Shown: positions 14,560 to 28,175 of the stretch, piece after piece
Position numbering within the stretch: the stretch's first letter is position 1
Layout of the letters: every line of letters begins with the position of its first letter
NCBI GenBank assembly: GCA_951406725.2
Contig: OX597821.1
Span: 87,420,001-87,484,000, forward strand
Length of the DNA stretch: 64,000 nt
Origin: Octopus vulgaris
Lineage: Eukaryota
Direction: 5' to 3'
Position numbers and translations under genes: made by a program
Notes under the pieces: model-generated
Seen by the model: the letters and a program-made list of their open reading frames with translations, nothing else
Databases searched by the model: none
Told to the model about the DNA's origin: nothing

Positions 14560-14950
14560 GCTGTGTGGTAAGTAGCTTGCTTACCAACCACATGGTTCCG
14601 GGTTCAGTCCCACTGCGTCGCATCTTGGGCAAGTGTCTTCTGCTATAGCCCCGGACCGACCAATGCCTTGTGAGTGGATTTGGTAGACGGAAACTGAAAG
14701 AAGCCTGTCGTATATATGTATATATATATATATGTGTGTGTGTCTGTGTTTGTCCCCCTAGCATTGCTTGACAACCGATGCTGGTGTGTTTACGTCCCCG
14801 TCAATTAGCGGTTCGGCAAAAGAGACCGATAGAATAAGTACTGGGCTTACAAAGAATAAGTCCCGGGGGTCGATTTGCTCGACTAAAGGCGGTGCTCCAG
14901 CATGGCCGCAGTCAAATGACTGAAACATGTAAAAGAGTAAAGAGTAGAGT
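14560..14950 (+). mobile_element. SINE family B
   Basis: High identity to other B copies. Confidence 0.92.
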
Positions 14951-15179
14951 AAGCAAAAACACCGATGGAATGTGAGATTTCTGAGAAGTAGTATTAACAA
15001 AAGACTATCAAAAGATTTACTTGTGGAATTGGCAGTGTGTATGCACGTGGCCGTGGGTCATTTTGTAAGCAGGGTTACCTATTTAACAACATCAGGTGAC
15101 TAGACAGAGATGTGGTTAACATTAGCAAAACCAAGATTTATAAGGCACAACTTATAGAGAATGGTCCACGGTAAGACGT

Positions 15180-15700
15180 TGGAGTTGCTAAGGCGTTTTC
15201 TAAATGTTTGGGGCAAGAAGATAAGTCGTGAGAAGGGGCCGTGACTATCATCGAAGGGCTTACTTTCAGTCTACACTGTAGCATAGATGGGAGCGGCCAG
15301 ATTTCTTCTGGCGTTTTGAGTTCCTCCTAGGAATGTCCCACACTTTCGTGTTAGAGAGAAATTGGAATGTCATCTTGGGTGTACTCGCTTCGACTGTGTG
15401 GTGTTGATTGATAAGAGAGTTGGGTACAAAAGTCTTACAAACCAGTTCAGATGTTTACAACAGCATGACAAGTACCGAATAGACTTTCCGAATGTGCCGA
15501 TGTGGACATGGGTAATCCACATCAGATCATCCAGACCGCATCTAGATAGGTTGTTCAATAGGGGAGTCTAGAGGGACAGCGTAAATTATCCACAGTTCTA
15601 CGTATTCTCCACAGACAACCTAAGAGGACATCGCAGACAGGAACCCGGTTACTGGATGCTGAATGCATTTTCCCCTGTGCAAATCTTAGAGAGATTAGCG
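15180..15700 (+). mobile_element. Decayed L1/Tx1-like LINE endonuclease region
   Basis: Fragments WNVILG, DKYRIDFPNVPMWTW..SSRPHLDRL and PGYWMLNAF match the APE C-terminal motifs and the PGYWKLN motif of L1/Tx1 ORF2. Confidence 0.65.
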
Positions 15701-15789
15701 AAAAATTTAAGGTTGATGACGATTATTCCCGGTCTCTGATTCGACCTCTTGCTACGTAGTTTTACTGAAGAGTAGTTGGCCCTTGCATC

Positions 15790-16100
15790 GGTAACTTCTA
15801 TCCTGCTATAGTTCCTGTCTGTGATGATGGAAATGAGGATCTTGCATGTCTTGAGTATGGGGCAGAGCTATCTGTGAGTTTACATGTCCTGTATTTAAAA
15901 ATGATCTGAAAGTTATTCAGGGCATTTCTCGGAGGTCTTGATGATACCATTACAAGCAGATGTGAGGACTTCGTAGATACTGGTCAGGTTCTCGATCCAA
16001 ACATTGACAATTCCGTCGATTGCCAGTATCTTCCTGTGGTTGGTCTTGTTGATGGTGACGTCCAACTTTTTGTTTTGGCTTTCTATGTTTGTGTTAGTTC
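15790..16100 (-). mobile_element. Decayed R4/Dong-like LINE RT N-terminal fragment
   Basis: KILAIDGIVNVWIENLTSIYEVL..KTCKILISIITDR resembles KSPGPDGI.NFWIKKLT..YKILTSII.DR. Confidence 0.45.
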
Positions 16101-16249
16101 TGGTATTTCTAGATCTAAGAAATTCTTTCGTTGTCTTTCCTTTGTTCTACCTGAACTTGTTTCAAAATTCCAACAACTGCTTTGCTAGTCATTGATTCAA
16201 AGGCAGCCATCTTCTTTCCCAGTTTACCCTCCTCCACCTCCTCTCCCCC

Positions 16250-16362
16250 TTCTTCTTCTTCTTCTTCTTCTTCTTCTTCTTCTTCTTCTTCTTCTTCTTC
16301 TTCTTCTTCTTCTTCTTCTTCTTCTTCTTCTTCTTCTTCTTCTTCGTATTATTATTATTATC
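16250..16362. repeat. (TTC)n + (TTA)n microsatellite
   Basis: Direct. Confidence 0.95.
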
Positions 16363-16364
16363 AT

Positions 16365-16550
16365 AAAGTGGAGGTATTGTTTTCAGTCGTGCTTGTTTGT
16401 TTGTTTGTTTGTCCGTGGACAAGATACCTCAAGAACCGTTCGATGGATTCAGATGAAACTTTCAGGGATGTTTGGCCTCGTGATTGGCACGAACTGATTA
16501 GATTTGGGGATTGATCCGGTACCTGACAAGGATTCTGGATTATTTGTTAT
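16365..16550 (+). mobile_element. DINE-1/HINE-like (Helentron-associated) non-autonomous fragment
   Basis: ggaggtattgttttcagtcg-(gttt)n-..gatggattcagatgaaactttcagg..gattagatttgggg follows the HINE layout as I recall it. Confidence 0.5.
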
Positions 16551-16929
16551 ATTTACTTTACTTTACATGAAGTATTACGATCTTACGTTGACTTTCAAGT
16601 ATTTCTCTGATTATCTCCCTTGAAAACACGCTCATAGTTTCGACTCCGATAATTTACCGCGTTCGTTTACACACGGGAAGGAAAATGAAAGCTCAAAATG
16701 AAGAATGAGTGACGTAACCTCTTCTTTGAGACATAAAAGCAACAACAATAACAACAACACACCATTAAATAAATCATCTCTGTGGGTAGTCCAACGGCTA
16801 TAATATTAGCTGCTAGGCCCCACTCCCATGTCCCTCTACCGCCATACACCTAAACGTCGAAACCGATGGGAGAATCCACACACACGCACACACACAAACA
16901 GAAATACACCACCCCGTACACATTTATTG

Positions 16930-17275
16930 TACGCGCTTGACCTTGTGGTTAGGGTATAGTACTCATGATCGCCAGATCGAGGATACGATTCTCGTGCTGG
17001 GAGGCAAGTTGTGTTCTTAAGCAAAATACTTCATTTTACGTTGCCCTGCGGCTGGGAGAGTGACAGAATCGTCGGTGTGTCTGCGGAGATGCTTAACGGT
17101 ATATCTCCCGGCTCTCTACATTCTGAGTGCAAATCCCACACGCCCGAAGAAAGCAACAGGAAACCTCCTAACTATTCGTCCCAAGTCTAGACATGGTAGC
17201 CGAAGTTCCAATAATCTACTTGATGGCAGCAGGGGAGGTCACGGGCCCACCCAGGTCGTATAAAGAGCACAAGAG
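16930..17275 (+). mobile_element. Old tRNA-headed SINE fragments (composite)
   Basis: gtggttagggtat..gatacgattc head, CORE-like gtgttcttaagcaaaatacttc, then a C-like head tacattctgagtgcaaatccc. Confidence 0.5.
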
Positions 17276-17954
17276 AAGGCTCACATGCACAGAACCTGCC
17301 CAAGGGCAGACCACCGCCAGTGATATATTGTAGGCTGCTTTTAAATGACTTAAAATGATTGTTTTCAGATTTCCTCTGAGCTATTTGCGATAAGACGCTA
17401 TGATTAATACAAAGAACTCTCTTTGTTCACCATCTTTCTATAAGATTTTTTCCCACAATATATACAATTTAGATCTAGTTTTTTTATTATTTATTTCCAC
17501 AGTGAGAAATTAAACAGTCTGTAAGAATTTCTTAAACGAGATTAGAGAAAAGAAAATAATTATTTAGAAATAATTAAAAACAAAGTAATTTATCATTTAC
17601 ATGTTTATATTTTTCTTATCTTGCAACATTGTTGTTAAAAGTAAAGAAATTAAGATGTTTCAAAATTAATGAGTATGACGATATATTTTTTTCACTTCGA
17701 TTCTGTGAGTATGTTTGTATGAACGTGTGTGTGTTTGTACGAGTGTACGTGTGTTTGTGTATGTGTGCGGGTATGTACGTTTGTTTGTTTATGTGTGCGT
17801 GTGCATGTATATGTATGCGTGCGCATTTCAAGACCGTGATTGAGGTCTAGTTTGCTTACTAAAAACACCAAACAGTCCACGTACATATATCATATAATAT
17901 TGATTTCTAACATCTGCGTTAGGTCTCTTATTTCAAGGGAACGGATATGCTCGT

Positions 17955-18303
17955 CTGGGATGCAGATCAACGGAACAGCCTGCTCGTGAAATTAACGTGT
18001 AAGTGGCTGAGCACTCCACAGACACGTGTGCCCTTAACGTAGTTCTCGGGGATATTCAGCGTGACACAGAGAGTGACAAGGCCGGCCCTTTGAAATACAG
18101 GTACAACAGAAACAGGAAGAAAGAGTGAGAGAAAGTTGTGGTGAAAGAGTACAGCAGGGATCACCACCATCCCCTGCCGGAGCCTCGTGGAGCTTTAGGT
18201 GTTTTCGCTCAATAAACACTCACAACGCCCGGTCTGGGAATCGAAACCGCGATCCTACGACCGCGAGTCCGCTGCCCTAACCACTGGGCCATTGCGCCTC
18301 CAC
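17955..18303 (-). mobile_element. SINE family A lacking the usual 3' ~45 nt
   Basis: Near-identical to 1592-1976 down to ccgttgat; perfect 13-bp TSD cggatatgctcgt (17942-17954, 18304-18316). Confidence 0.9.
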
Positions 18304-18834
18304 CGGATATGCTCGTACCTATTTTATAATCCCATAAGAAGTAAATTCGAAGTCAACCACGGAGAATTAATACACGGGAACAATGCAGAGGAGTTATTAA
18401 ATGTATGAAATCATTTAATCCGGCACTTCACTACCCTTCTTGTTATATCATAAAATATTAAACCCATTATCACACTTCCTCGAAGTTGTGATATTTCACT
18501 ATCGTTTAGCTGTTGGTAATGCTTAGCGTTTTCACGAACGAAATTAAATCATACAAAGATTATAAACAAGCTTTTAAATATTTAGAACTAAGTGTACACA
18601 CGATGAAGGAGAATAGAAAGAAAAAAAACCATGTGCATTAGTTCGATAGAGCAATCGCTCACTTTTTATTCTCTCTCGTTTTGTCAACAATACCAATCCT
18701 TCTTACACAAAATACAAGCAATTTAATTGGTTCCTGCATTAGAACTTGAAACTTTCAAATGATTACTACGTTTTTTTTTTATATATATTTCGATCGCAAT
18801 AGTTTTCAATTGAACTGAAAACATACATACACGT

Positions 18835-18889
<55 letters not shown>

Positions 18890-18986
18890 TGCACACATAC
18901 ATACACATACACTTTTGCACGAGTTGTTGATCTTTTTCTTTTTCTGTTGCTTCTGCTAATGCTACAACCGCTGCCGCTGCTACTGT

Positions 18987-19017
<31 letters not shown>

Positions 19018-19069
19018 GACATTAATAAAAACAACAACAACAACAACAACAGTAATAATCCTTTCAGGT

Positions 19070-19240
19070 ATTGGCACAAGGCCTGAAATTTTCAGGTAGG
19101 TGCTTGTCGATTACCGGTAGGAAGAAAGGAAGAAAGGTAAAGTGAATTCGGCAGAATTTGAACTCGGAACGTAAAGAGGAACGAAATGCCACGAAGCATT
19201 TTGCTTGGTGTGCTAACGAGTCTGCTAACTCGTCACCTTA
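19070..19240 (-). mobile_element. Old SINE-C (tail type 2)
   Basis: ttggcacaaggcctgaaattt..ggcagaatttgaactcggaacgtaaag..gtgctaacga. Confidence 0.75.
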
Positions 19241-21249
19241 GAAACAACAGTAACGATGATTTCTTTATTAGGTACCAGCGCTTCCCACAGAAAAGAAAAC
19301 AAGGACAAGGTTACAGAATTAGAAGGGGTTTGTCATTAAAACAATGTAAACAAGAGCAAATATGATAATTATAAAAGTTTAACAAAGAAAATTCCGCTAA
19401 AGCGAGAAGACTTCCGAGTGCTATTCGCGGAAATCTCGCAAAAACTATGGTTACCCTGATCACTTAGACAATTTCTCTCTCTTGGCTCTAGTGGCTAACA
19501 AAGAATTAAATTTCTCTCTCTCAGCTCCAATCTAAAAGTGCATACTCTGAGAAAACCCGTTCTCAGGACTACACTAATCTATCGCATAGAACTAAACTAG
19601 CTGGCCCGTATCACGATATCTTTCTCCCAAGATGTTTTTCAGAGTCCAGATTGCTCTGAAGATAATTACTTAAGTCTGTGTCTCTTCAGTTCTATATCTT
19701 TCTAGAACATTGTTTCTTTTTGCCTGTTCGTTTAGGATCTGCCGAGGTATTGTGAGTACAACTTTTTGCTAGTCTATTGATGTGCTTTTCTACTTTTTCA
19801 AGATATTGATGTTTTGTTTATCCAGTGGGACTAAATCAACAATTTTTTGCAACACCAGCAAATTACGTGCTTTTCCTACTACTGTTGTTACCTTTCTTGT
19901 TAATATGATTGCTTAATATTGATGTGGCGACAGCGATTGCATTGTTACAACTATTGCTTGTTGTTACAAGGGTGGTAGCTGTGAATTTTTCTCTCTCGCT
20001 GATGATTTTGTGGCAGACGGCGGTGGTTTTGTGGCAGCTGTTTCTTTGTTTGATATCTTGTAGCTGTTACCACTGTTGCTGCTGTTGTTGTTGCTCTGTA
20101 CTGCTGTTGTTGCTCTGTGCTGCTGTTGTTGTCACTATTGATGTTGTCATGGCTAGTAAAGCGTCTTCTGCTGTTGTTGCCTACTCCGACCACCGTGGTG
20201 TTGTATGGTGGGAGGCGTTGACCCCGAATAATAGTTTCACCTTCAGTATTAATTACACTTTTCTCTTTTGCTACCAAGCCTGCAAGGACGAAAGTGGGAG
20301 AGCCATTTTGCATAGTCTACTTTGATTTAAAAAATCTCTTTTTTTAAAAAAAATTTTGACCCGTAGGACGAGCAAAAAGACAACAAAAAAACCCAAAAAC
20401 CTCCAAAGAAATCACGGTGTCGACCAGTCCCTCTCTGTTCTGGTTGGCTTAATAACAACAAATTCAACAAGTGCATCTCTCTCGAAAGGAAAGCTAGAAA
20501 ACACTCACAGAACTTCCAGCGTACATTTAGCCACAGCTATGAAAAACATCGCAACTCTAATTAATAATTATAATATTACTGGTTTCTGATTTAGACACAA
20601 ATTCATTAGTTTTAAGTAAGGGGCTTAGTTGATATCAGCAGCTCTATAGTACACTCATTCTAGTTTATCGACCCAGGAGGGATAAGGGGCAGAGTTGACA
20701 TTGCTAGGGTTCGAGCTCGGTATCCAAAATAAGACCAATTCTTTTGTCAGCTTTCTATGGTTGATAAAATAAGTTCCAATCAAATACCTTGATCGATAGA
20801 AACAAATATACTCTTCCCCCAAATTCGCAACCTTTTTCTATCTTACAGATAATTTATATTATTACTTTTATTATGATACATCAGTAATATTCCATGCTAG
20901 GGAACTTTAATAGGAGATGTCATAGCAGCTACCCATTTCATTTCGCCTTTCAGCCTGTAATAAATTAGTAATGATGTCTGACAAATGTTTCGTTTATTTC
21001 AATACCAAATTTCCAGGAGACATTTTTGACTTATGGAATAATATAGAATCACCATAGAAAAGTGAAAGAATTCAAGTTTGTAAACATTAAAGTGTTGGGA
21101 ATCTAAATGAACAATAAATTTCCAAAGCCCAGTTCAGTTCTGTATTAGCATTAATAATCGTAATTTATTGTAAAATTACACATACTTCCAAGATGCATAA
21201 CTCCTTATATTTTGTGTTATTCTTTCTCTGAACTTCTTCCATTAAAAAT

Positions 21250-24130
21250 TGCAATTTTCCTCGTTTGAAAGAGACTCATACAGTTTCGGCAGACACATTA
21301 TTAATTATTAGGATATTTACGCATACAATGCCACCTTTTTGGCTTACCGTGATGGGTTTGGTAAATGTGAAGCAAAACATTTTTTTGGATTATCTCTCTT
21401 TACTTAACGCTACATTTGAAATATTTATCATTCTGATGCCTTTTAGAATGTATCAAATTGACATTTGTGATCAGTTCTTTCCATTATATTCTATAGACTA
21501 ATCTCAATGAAAGAAGAAAAAACAAAGAATCTTGTTTCTTAAAATTTCTTAAAGTCTACTCTAATCTGAAAGCTTTATCCAATTCTTCGTTATCAAATCC
21601 AACATCCTTGAAAAGATTATTGCTTATGAGAGCGTCATAGAAATTTTTAAAATAAGCAATGCTTCCTTGCCATATTTTTTTGTTTCATAATAGAAAATAA
21701 ATCCAATACATGACAAAAGATAAAGTTGTTTGCTCTGAACAGCCATATTCAAAGAATCTACACGTATCCCGTCTCTACAGTTTGAATATATGGTCCATGG
21801 GGGGGATAATATAAACTCTCCCGCTATGTTGGATGGTCAGTGTAATAAAAAATGTCCAAGAGAGCATAGGCTACAAATATTAATTAGAAATTATTTATAT
21901 CCACAGTACCGTAACCGAAGTCTTGGAGAGAAAAGGGAGTCATACTGCTTCAACATGCATTTGAAATAGGGTGTTGGCAAACATTGTGTCGTTCCAAATA
22001 ATCTATAGTCAATACAAAGGTACGAAGCACATATTCATGTTGAGAAGTCTTCCCCAATTAAGGTAGCAGAATATTTTTACGTGTATATTTTCAAAGGTGT
22101 TGATCACATTTTATAATAATTTCACTGCAGAGAGAAACAGATCTTAGCACGTTTTGGCGTTGGTACTGAAAATCAATCTGATGAAATAATAAATTTTGAA
22201 AACTACCGATATATTTAGAGCCTTTGAGGCTTGTTGGAGATTTGTTTCTATTTCCAATTAAACAAAGACATCCCGTAGTTGAATGTTTGCCAATGCACAT
22301 GCACAGTTAACGAATAATTACTTTTGATCCAAATCATACACAAGAGGCGCTCGAACGTAATCAACAATTTAAGAAAAATGAAGATAATCCCCAGGCAAGA
22401 GAAATTCTTTATGGTAATTTTCTGCAATATTACACTTGGCATAATGGAGGTAAATCATGGCAGAGAAGAGTAAGAAGATGTAAAGGGATCTGAGAAGCTA
22501 CTGAGATCTGAGAAGCTACCTATACACTGTATCTTTCACATTATACAGCAGATCTTTACGTTACTATATACAGTAACGTAAGACATAATAGAAGGCAGCT
22601 GTTTCATTCTTACCTTGTAGCTTCAGTACGAGGCAGATGCTGCAAGTTTCAATGATTTTCTCAGTGCTAACAACACGGCAAAAATTTTAAGTACGCATGC
22701 AAGATGATGATTAAAAAAAAAGCAAGACAAAACATGTTCCAGAATAGGAGAAATGCCTGAATGAATACCGATAGACGCATTCTGGTGATATGTTTAGATA
22801 GTTGCCAATATACAACAGTTTTGCTCTCCTTGAAGAACATTAGAGTTGTAGAGCACGTTTTAAAGATTACATGTATGAAAGAAGACAAGAAAATCCAATA
22901 TGAGCTTTGTAATATCCAGTGAATGGCTTTATGTGCATCTCACAATCAACGTACACAGTTTGATCGAAAGTCTTACAAATGATAATGTCAGAGTTTATAA
23001 AAATAAAACTGATCCTACGGTTGAAAATTTTTACTGTGAGAATATCAAATGGTTACATGATGCCCAAAAAAAGAAAAGAAAAAGATTTGAAATCATTGAA
23101 ACAAAAATCGGTATCGATAAAATTGAATTAATATTCATTGACACGCCAGGCATTCGGCTAAAATATTTTTTACTCAATGTTTGTTGTCATATGTAGGTAA
23201 AAATAACCATATGGCTCTTTCTACAGCATCAGCTGGTATCGTCATAATATTGCTGAATTTGGGCCGCACAGCACACTGAAGTTTCAAGCTTCCCATCCCT
23301 GCAAATTGAAACGCAAATTGCTGGGTATTTTCACTTAATACCAAAATTCGCCTACTTCGTGACATTGACTTGATTGCTGGAATATAGCATTTATGTGCTA
23401 GTGCCATCTTTTCGCAGCACCGGATCAAATGCTGGGAGATGTGATAAACAATTATTTAGCTTGAAATTTAGGGGAAGGGGTTAAGTCGATTACATCGACC
23501 CTCCAGTACTCAACTGGTTCTTAATTTATCGACCCCAAAAGTATGAAAAGAAAAGTCGACCTCGGCAGAATTTGAACGCAGAACGTAAGGACGGACGAAA
23601 TGCCGCTAAGCATTTTACCCAGCATGGTAACGATTCTGCCAAATGATAATATGAAGACATTGAAAAACTATTAGACTCACGCTTCTATTGCTGATTCTTA
23701 CCATGTAGTTTTAAATCTACTAGAAAATACTTTATTCTCTTAACATCAATCTCATTGCATCAAAATATAAATTTGAGCTTCGTGAATGATCTTCAGAAAA
23801 CCTGACCACTGAAAAACTCATTGTAACTGTACTTGTTATAAAGTTCTGTCTGTGACTGACACTGATAAATGCAAGTTAAATGACTGTTGACACGGGACGT
23901 ACTTCACTAAATACTCGTTTCCTCGTAACAATCTGTAACCATCTAATACAGATTTGCCATTTAATTTAAGACAACTATTCAATTCCCTATCAAATTCGCA
24001 TTTGCAATGTTAATATACAAAAGTCAAAGGCAAAACTTATCAAAATGTAGCATTTATCTCTCTTCTCTAGTGTTCCCATATGGTCAAATGTATGTTACTG
24101 TCAGTAGGGTTAGAGATCCTTTCGACCTGA
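21250..24130 (+). mobile_element. Decayed autonomous Helitron (Rep/PIF1-like helicase pseudogene)
   Basis: Colinear degenerate motifs: IAYESVIE..LPCHI (Rep motif 2-like, ~21620-21680); MVHG..NSPAMLDGQCNKKCP; YPQYR; VVPNN..YEAHIHVE..YFYVYIFKG; EACWR..FPIKQRHPVVECLPMH; FIDTPG (Walker A, ~23140); ASAGI..LL..GRTAH*SFKLPI; QFPIKFAFAMLIYKSQRQNL..VFPYGQMYVTVSRV (~23970-24115). Many stops and frameshifts. Confidence 0.88.
23455..23640 (-). mobile_element. SINE-C inserted in the Helitron helicase
   Basis: C core aaaagtcgacctcggcagaatttgaacgcagaacg. Confidence 0.85.
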
Positions 24131-24284
24131 ATAAATTTGTTAATCAAAGGCATTTTATTAGGTCACGATTGCATGGTAGGCGTCCCAATTGTGAAAATAG
24201 AAAATTAAAAACAAAAGATTGTCTAGACGTTGTTTTAATTCAAACATTCTGTTTGTGGCTATACAAAATGTTCAAGTATTTTTT

Positions 24285-24460
24285 GTTGGACAAAATACTT
24301 AGCGGCATTACCTCCTGCTCTTTGAACCCTGAGTTCAAATCACACCGAGTTTAACCTTGCTTTTCATCCTACCGGAGTCGATAAAGTGAAGTACCTGTCT
24401 ATACTGGGGTTAATCTAATCGATTTAAGCACCTCAAATTTATGGGAAAATTTGGAAACAA
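24285..24460 (+). mobile_element. Old SINE-C
   Basis: ctgagttcaaatcacaccgag..ttgcttttcatcctaccggagtcgataaa. Confidence 0.7.
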
Positions 24461-24657
24461 TATATCTTGACATTATTTGTTACATTGATTATATTATATT
24501 GTCTAGTGATTATTTTATTGGTGTTATTATAATTTAATTACTTTCTAGAATATGTAGCTGCATTCTCTTCGGAAGACCACGAAAGGCAAGTTTTAAGGAA
24601 TTCTTCTCTGAAACTCCAATAGCTTTTGGAGAAGATGTGTCATATATATGCTACCAT

Positions 24658-24830
24658 AGGCGTAGGAGTGGCTGTGTTGGAAGTAGCTTGCTAATCAGCC
24701 ACATGGTTCCGGGTTCAGTCCCACTGCGTTGCACCTTGGGCAAGTTTCTTCTACTATAGCTTCGGGCCGACCAAAGCCTTGTGAGTGGATTTGGTAGACG
24801 GAAACTGAAAGAAGCCCGTCGTATATATGC

Positions 24831-24861
<31 letters not shown>

Positions 24862-25095
24862 TGTATGTATGTATGTATGTGTATATATGTTTGTGTGTAT
24901 GTACCCCCCAACATCGCTTTACAACTGATGCTGGTGTGTTTACGTCCCCGTAACTTAGCGGTTCGGCAAAGAGACCGATAGAATAAGTACAAGGCTTACA
25001 AAGAATGAGTCCTGGGATCGATTATATCGACTAAAGGCGGTGCTCCAGCATGGCCACAGTCAAATGACTGAAACAAGTAAAAGAGTAAAAGAGTA
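24658..25095 (+). mobile_element. SINE family B, full length
   Basis: ggcgtaggagtggctgtg head through gtaaaagagta tail; internal (TATG)n. Confidence 0.92.
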
Positions 25096-25169
25096 CATGT
25101 GACTATATAAGAATTTTCCACCTCAGGTTTGAAAGTTTTGCAATAGAGTCTTCTTCTTCTTCTTGTATT

Positions 25170-25576
25170 AAGAAGAAGAAGTTGAGCATGTCCCTTAGTG
25201 GCTGATGATATGTGCATCTCGGATCACGAGCAGAAGCAGTGGGGGAGCATCACAGCCGTATGCTGAAAGGAATTCTTAGAAATTTGGATAATTCACCTTT
25301 GGAAGCATGAGTGTTTCATTCAACATCCTTAAACAACCCTTATTCAGGGACCTTTTGGGCGGGATGGGTTACTCGATCAGAAGAAAATTCTAACTGGGCC
25401 CCCACCTGCAAGGTCATATGCTGTTTATCTTGATATGAGATCACCTTGTCGCGCACATATGGGTGTGATGCATGTGCTTAGTGTACCCTTATCAGACGGG
25501 TAGTTATGATGGGTATACTGGGCTTTGTATATTTCACCCCATTGTCACTTTGATGGCATGCACTGCTCTTTCACTC

Positions 25577-25640
<64 letters not shown>
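25170..25640 (+). repeat. Probable retroposon 3' segment ending in an (AAT)n tail
   Basis: GC-richer ~400-bp block running directly into (AAT)n; no ORF; family not identifiable. Confidence 0.4.
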
Positions 25641-25641
<1 letters not shown>

Positions 25642-26181
25642 TAGCAGTAACAATATTAGCTATAAAAATAATAGGTACAGTAATTATTATTTTAATACAT
25701 GATGACTTCTCATCGGAAATGACTTCTCATCGTTGACTGTTTATATTGTCAGTTATCCTCCCTTTTTTTTTTATAATTACTACCCTTTTATAAGTAGTAT
25801 CGTGTAGGCAAGGGTGTAGTTTCCTATTTCAACAATTAGTTGCTCATTTTTATCTGTAATGAAGGGATAAACATAATTACTAGTCTGTAAATAGGTGGAG
25901 AGTGGTTGGAGTAATGAATCAATTATCTCCGATCGGGTGGGAGTGAATGATAAAGCCAGACTGACAAAAATTATGACGACGACAAGATAACTTATTTTAG
26001 TTTCTGTATAATTAGAACCCGGGTCGGGTGTGTTATTGGAGGGGAATGTCATGACGTAAACATCCGCGAAGCTCTAATAGACATCGAGAGTGGAAATGAC
26101 GTCCGGAGTAGAAAGCTTCTGTCAATTGCTAGTCTTTAGTTAAATATCCAAATAGGGTACATCTTCCCAATTATATAGAAA

Positions 26182-26581
26182 CTAGCAGTATCGCCCGGCG
26201 TTGCTCGGGTTTGTAAGGGAAATAACTATATAAGCATTTTTAGAGAGTTATAGCCAAAAAATAGCAAAAAATGCATTAAAAATGGAAAAAAAAATGATGG
26301 TAAATTTTTTTTTAAATCGTTGACTCATCGTAGACATTTTTAGAGAGTTACTACCCTTATACAATAGCGAAAAAAATGCATTAAAATGGAAAAAAAATGA
26401 TGGTAAAATTTTTTTAAAATCGTAGACTCATCGTAGACGCGCGCTAATACCCAGAAGGGCTCGATATGAATCACGACTATAAGATACCCGGTTTTGGTTA
26501 AACTGCACCGCAAAATGTGGGAGTAGTTAGGAATCTAAATCGTAGGAGACAGACACACAACTTCTCTTTTATATATAAAGA
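26182..26581 (-). mobile_element. Non-autonomous Helitron (400 bp)
   Basis: Minus strand begins A|TCTTTATATATAAAAG and ends with hairpin CCCGAGCAACGCCGGG then CTAG|T: AT target, no TSD; internal ~100-bp tandem duplication. Confidence 0.88.
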
Positions 26582-26831
26582 TAAATGGCGTTTGTTGTGA
26601 TTAGGAAGGGCTCAATTTTTAAAGTTGGTAGAAACTATTATATGAAGAAATCCTTTTTACTTCATCCGAAACGCTACGAAACAACAGATCAATTGTTGAA
26701 TTGTTTCACGAACAAAATCCCATATACCTTATTCCGCACTTCTGTTATTTCAGGTATAAATAAATAAATAGATAAATAAACGTGTAAAATATGGCACCTT
26801 CATTAATACGAACTTTGAATAAAATAACCTA

Positions 26832-27210
26832 AGGCGAAGGAATGGCTGTGTGGTAAGTAGCTTGTTTACCAACCACATGGTTCCGGGTTCAGTCCCACAG
26901 CGTGGCACCTTGGGCAAGTGTCTTCTACTATAGCTTCGGGCCGATCAAAGCCTTGTGAGTGGATTTGGTAGACGGAAACTGAGAGAAGTCCCTCGTATGT
27001 ATATGTGTGTGTGTGTGTATGTCTGTATTTGTCCCCAACATCGCTTGATAACCGATGCTGGTGTGATTACGTCCCAGTAACTAAGCGGTTCGGCAAAAGA
27101 GACTGAAAGAATAAGTACTGGGCTTACAAAGAATAAGTCCTGGGGTCGATTTTCTCGACTAAAGGCGGTGCCCTAACATGGCCGCAGTCAAATGACTGAA
27201 ACAAGTAAAA
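26832..27210 (+). mobile_element. SINE family B, full length
   Basis: Matches the other B copies. Confidence 0.92.
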
Positions 27211-28067
27211 TTTTAAGGTCGACAGTGTCGGAATAAAATTTCGTACGCCATTGTAGTACGTACCGAGATGTCAGCATTTAACAAGACCATATCTCAATGC
27301 TTTTGCAGTACCAGTGCTAGTACCAACATTTGGTAAATTGTATTGAACATTCGTTGAGATACGCAGCCTGCACATTAAAACCAGAAAGGTACTGACCACT
27401 ACTGGCAACTTCCACATTAATAGCAACACCAATAGGATTTATGTGAGAAAAAGTGATAGCAGAAGAGGCGTAAAGGCCTTTCAATCACTCAGACAGCACA
27501 GTTGAACAGTAAAGAAAGAATTGAGCACATTTGATGCATGCTCAAAAAGTGAGAGTAACAACATGGAGCTGGAGAAGAGCTACTGCGCAAGTACTCTGAG
27601 AATACAACTGTCTCAAGTGACCCAAAGGAAACTGGATTGGCCTACTTAAACAGAAGCTTGGAAGAGAAGCAGACATCAAACCAGCGAAAGCAATATCTCG
27701 TAAGACAGAGGGCAACAATAACATTGACAGGAAATGTAGTCTCTCCTGGATCTGCGATATTACATCCCACCTAGATTATCTAGATTACTCGTTTTAGCTT
27801 CATTTATTTAGCTGGGAATTGAATTCCATCCAGGCGGGTGGAATCATGTATAATGATCGGTCAAGCTCGGCTAAGTGACTATAGAATCATTGCAGTACTC
27901 TCGAATACATCAGTCTATTTACCACTAAACACTAAGTTGTGTAGGTGTAAGAGTCACTCTTGCTCGCCGGGCGGACCGAAGAGAACCAATGTAATGTGCT
28001 CTGTGCAGATTACGAAATGTAGGAGGACAGGTTTACATGCGTGCACGTATGATACATACATACATGT

Positions 28068-28175
28068 GAGGGGGTGCTGAAAAGTTCCAGACTTTGGGTA
28101 AAAGAAAGTACAAGAGGATCAGTTAATTATGATTTTATTGAACATATTCTCCCCTCAGGTTCACGCACCTATGCA
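28068..28175. mobile_element. Mariner-like terminal fragment
   Basis: gagggggtgctgaaaagttcc..ttttattgaacatattctcccctcag resembles a mariner TIR plus the reverse complement of a transposase 3' end; no partner TIR seen. Confidence 0.5.

Noticed and set aside
24007-24354. Host PIF1 helicase gene
   Set aside because: Colinear with upstream Helitron Rep motifs and riddled with stops
27380-27790. Possible Penelope GIY-YIG C-terminal remnant
   Set aside because: Too degenerate to support by eye
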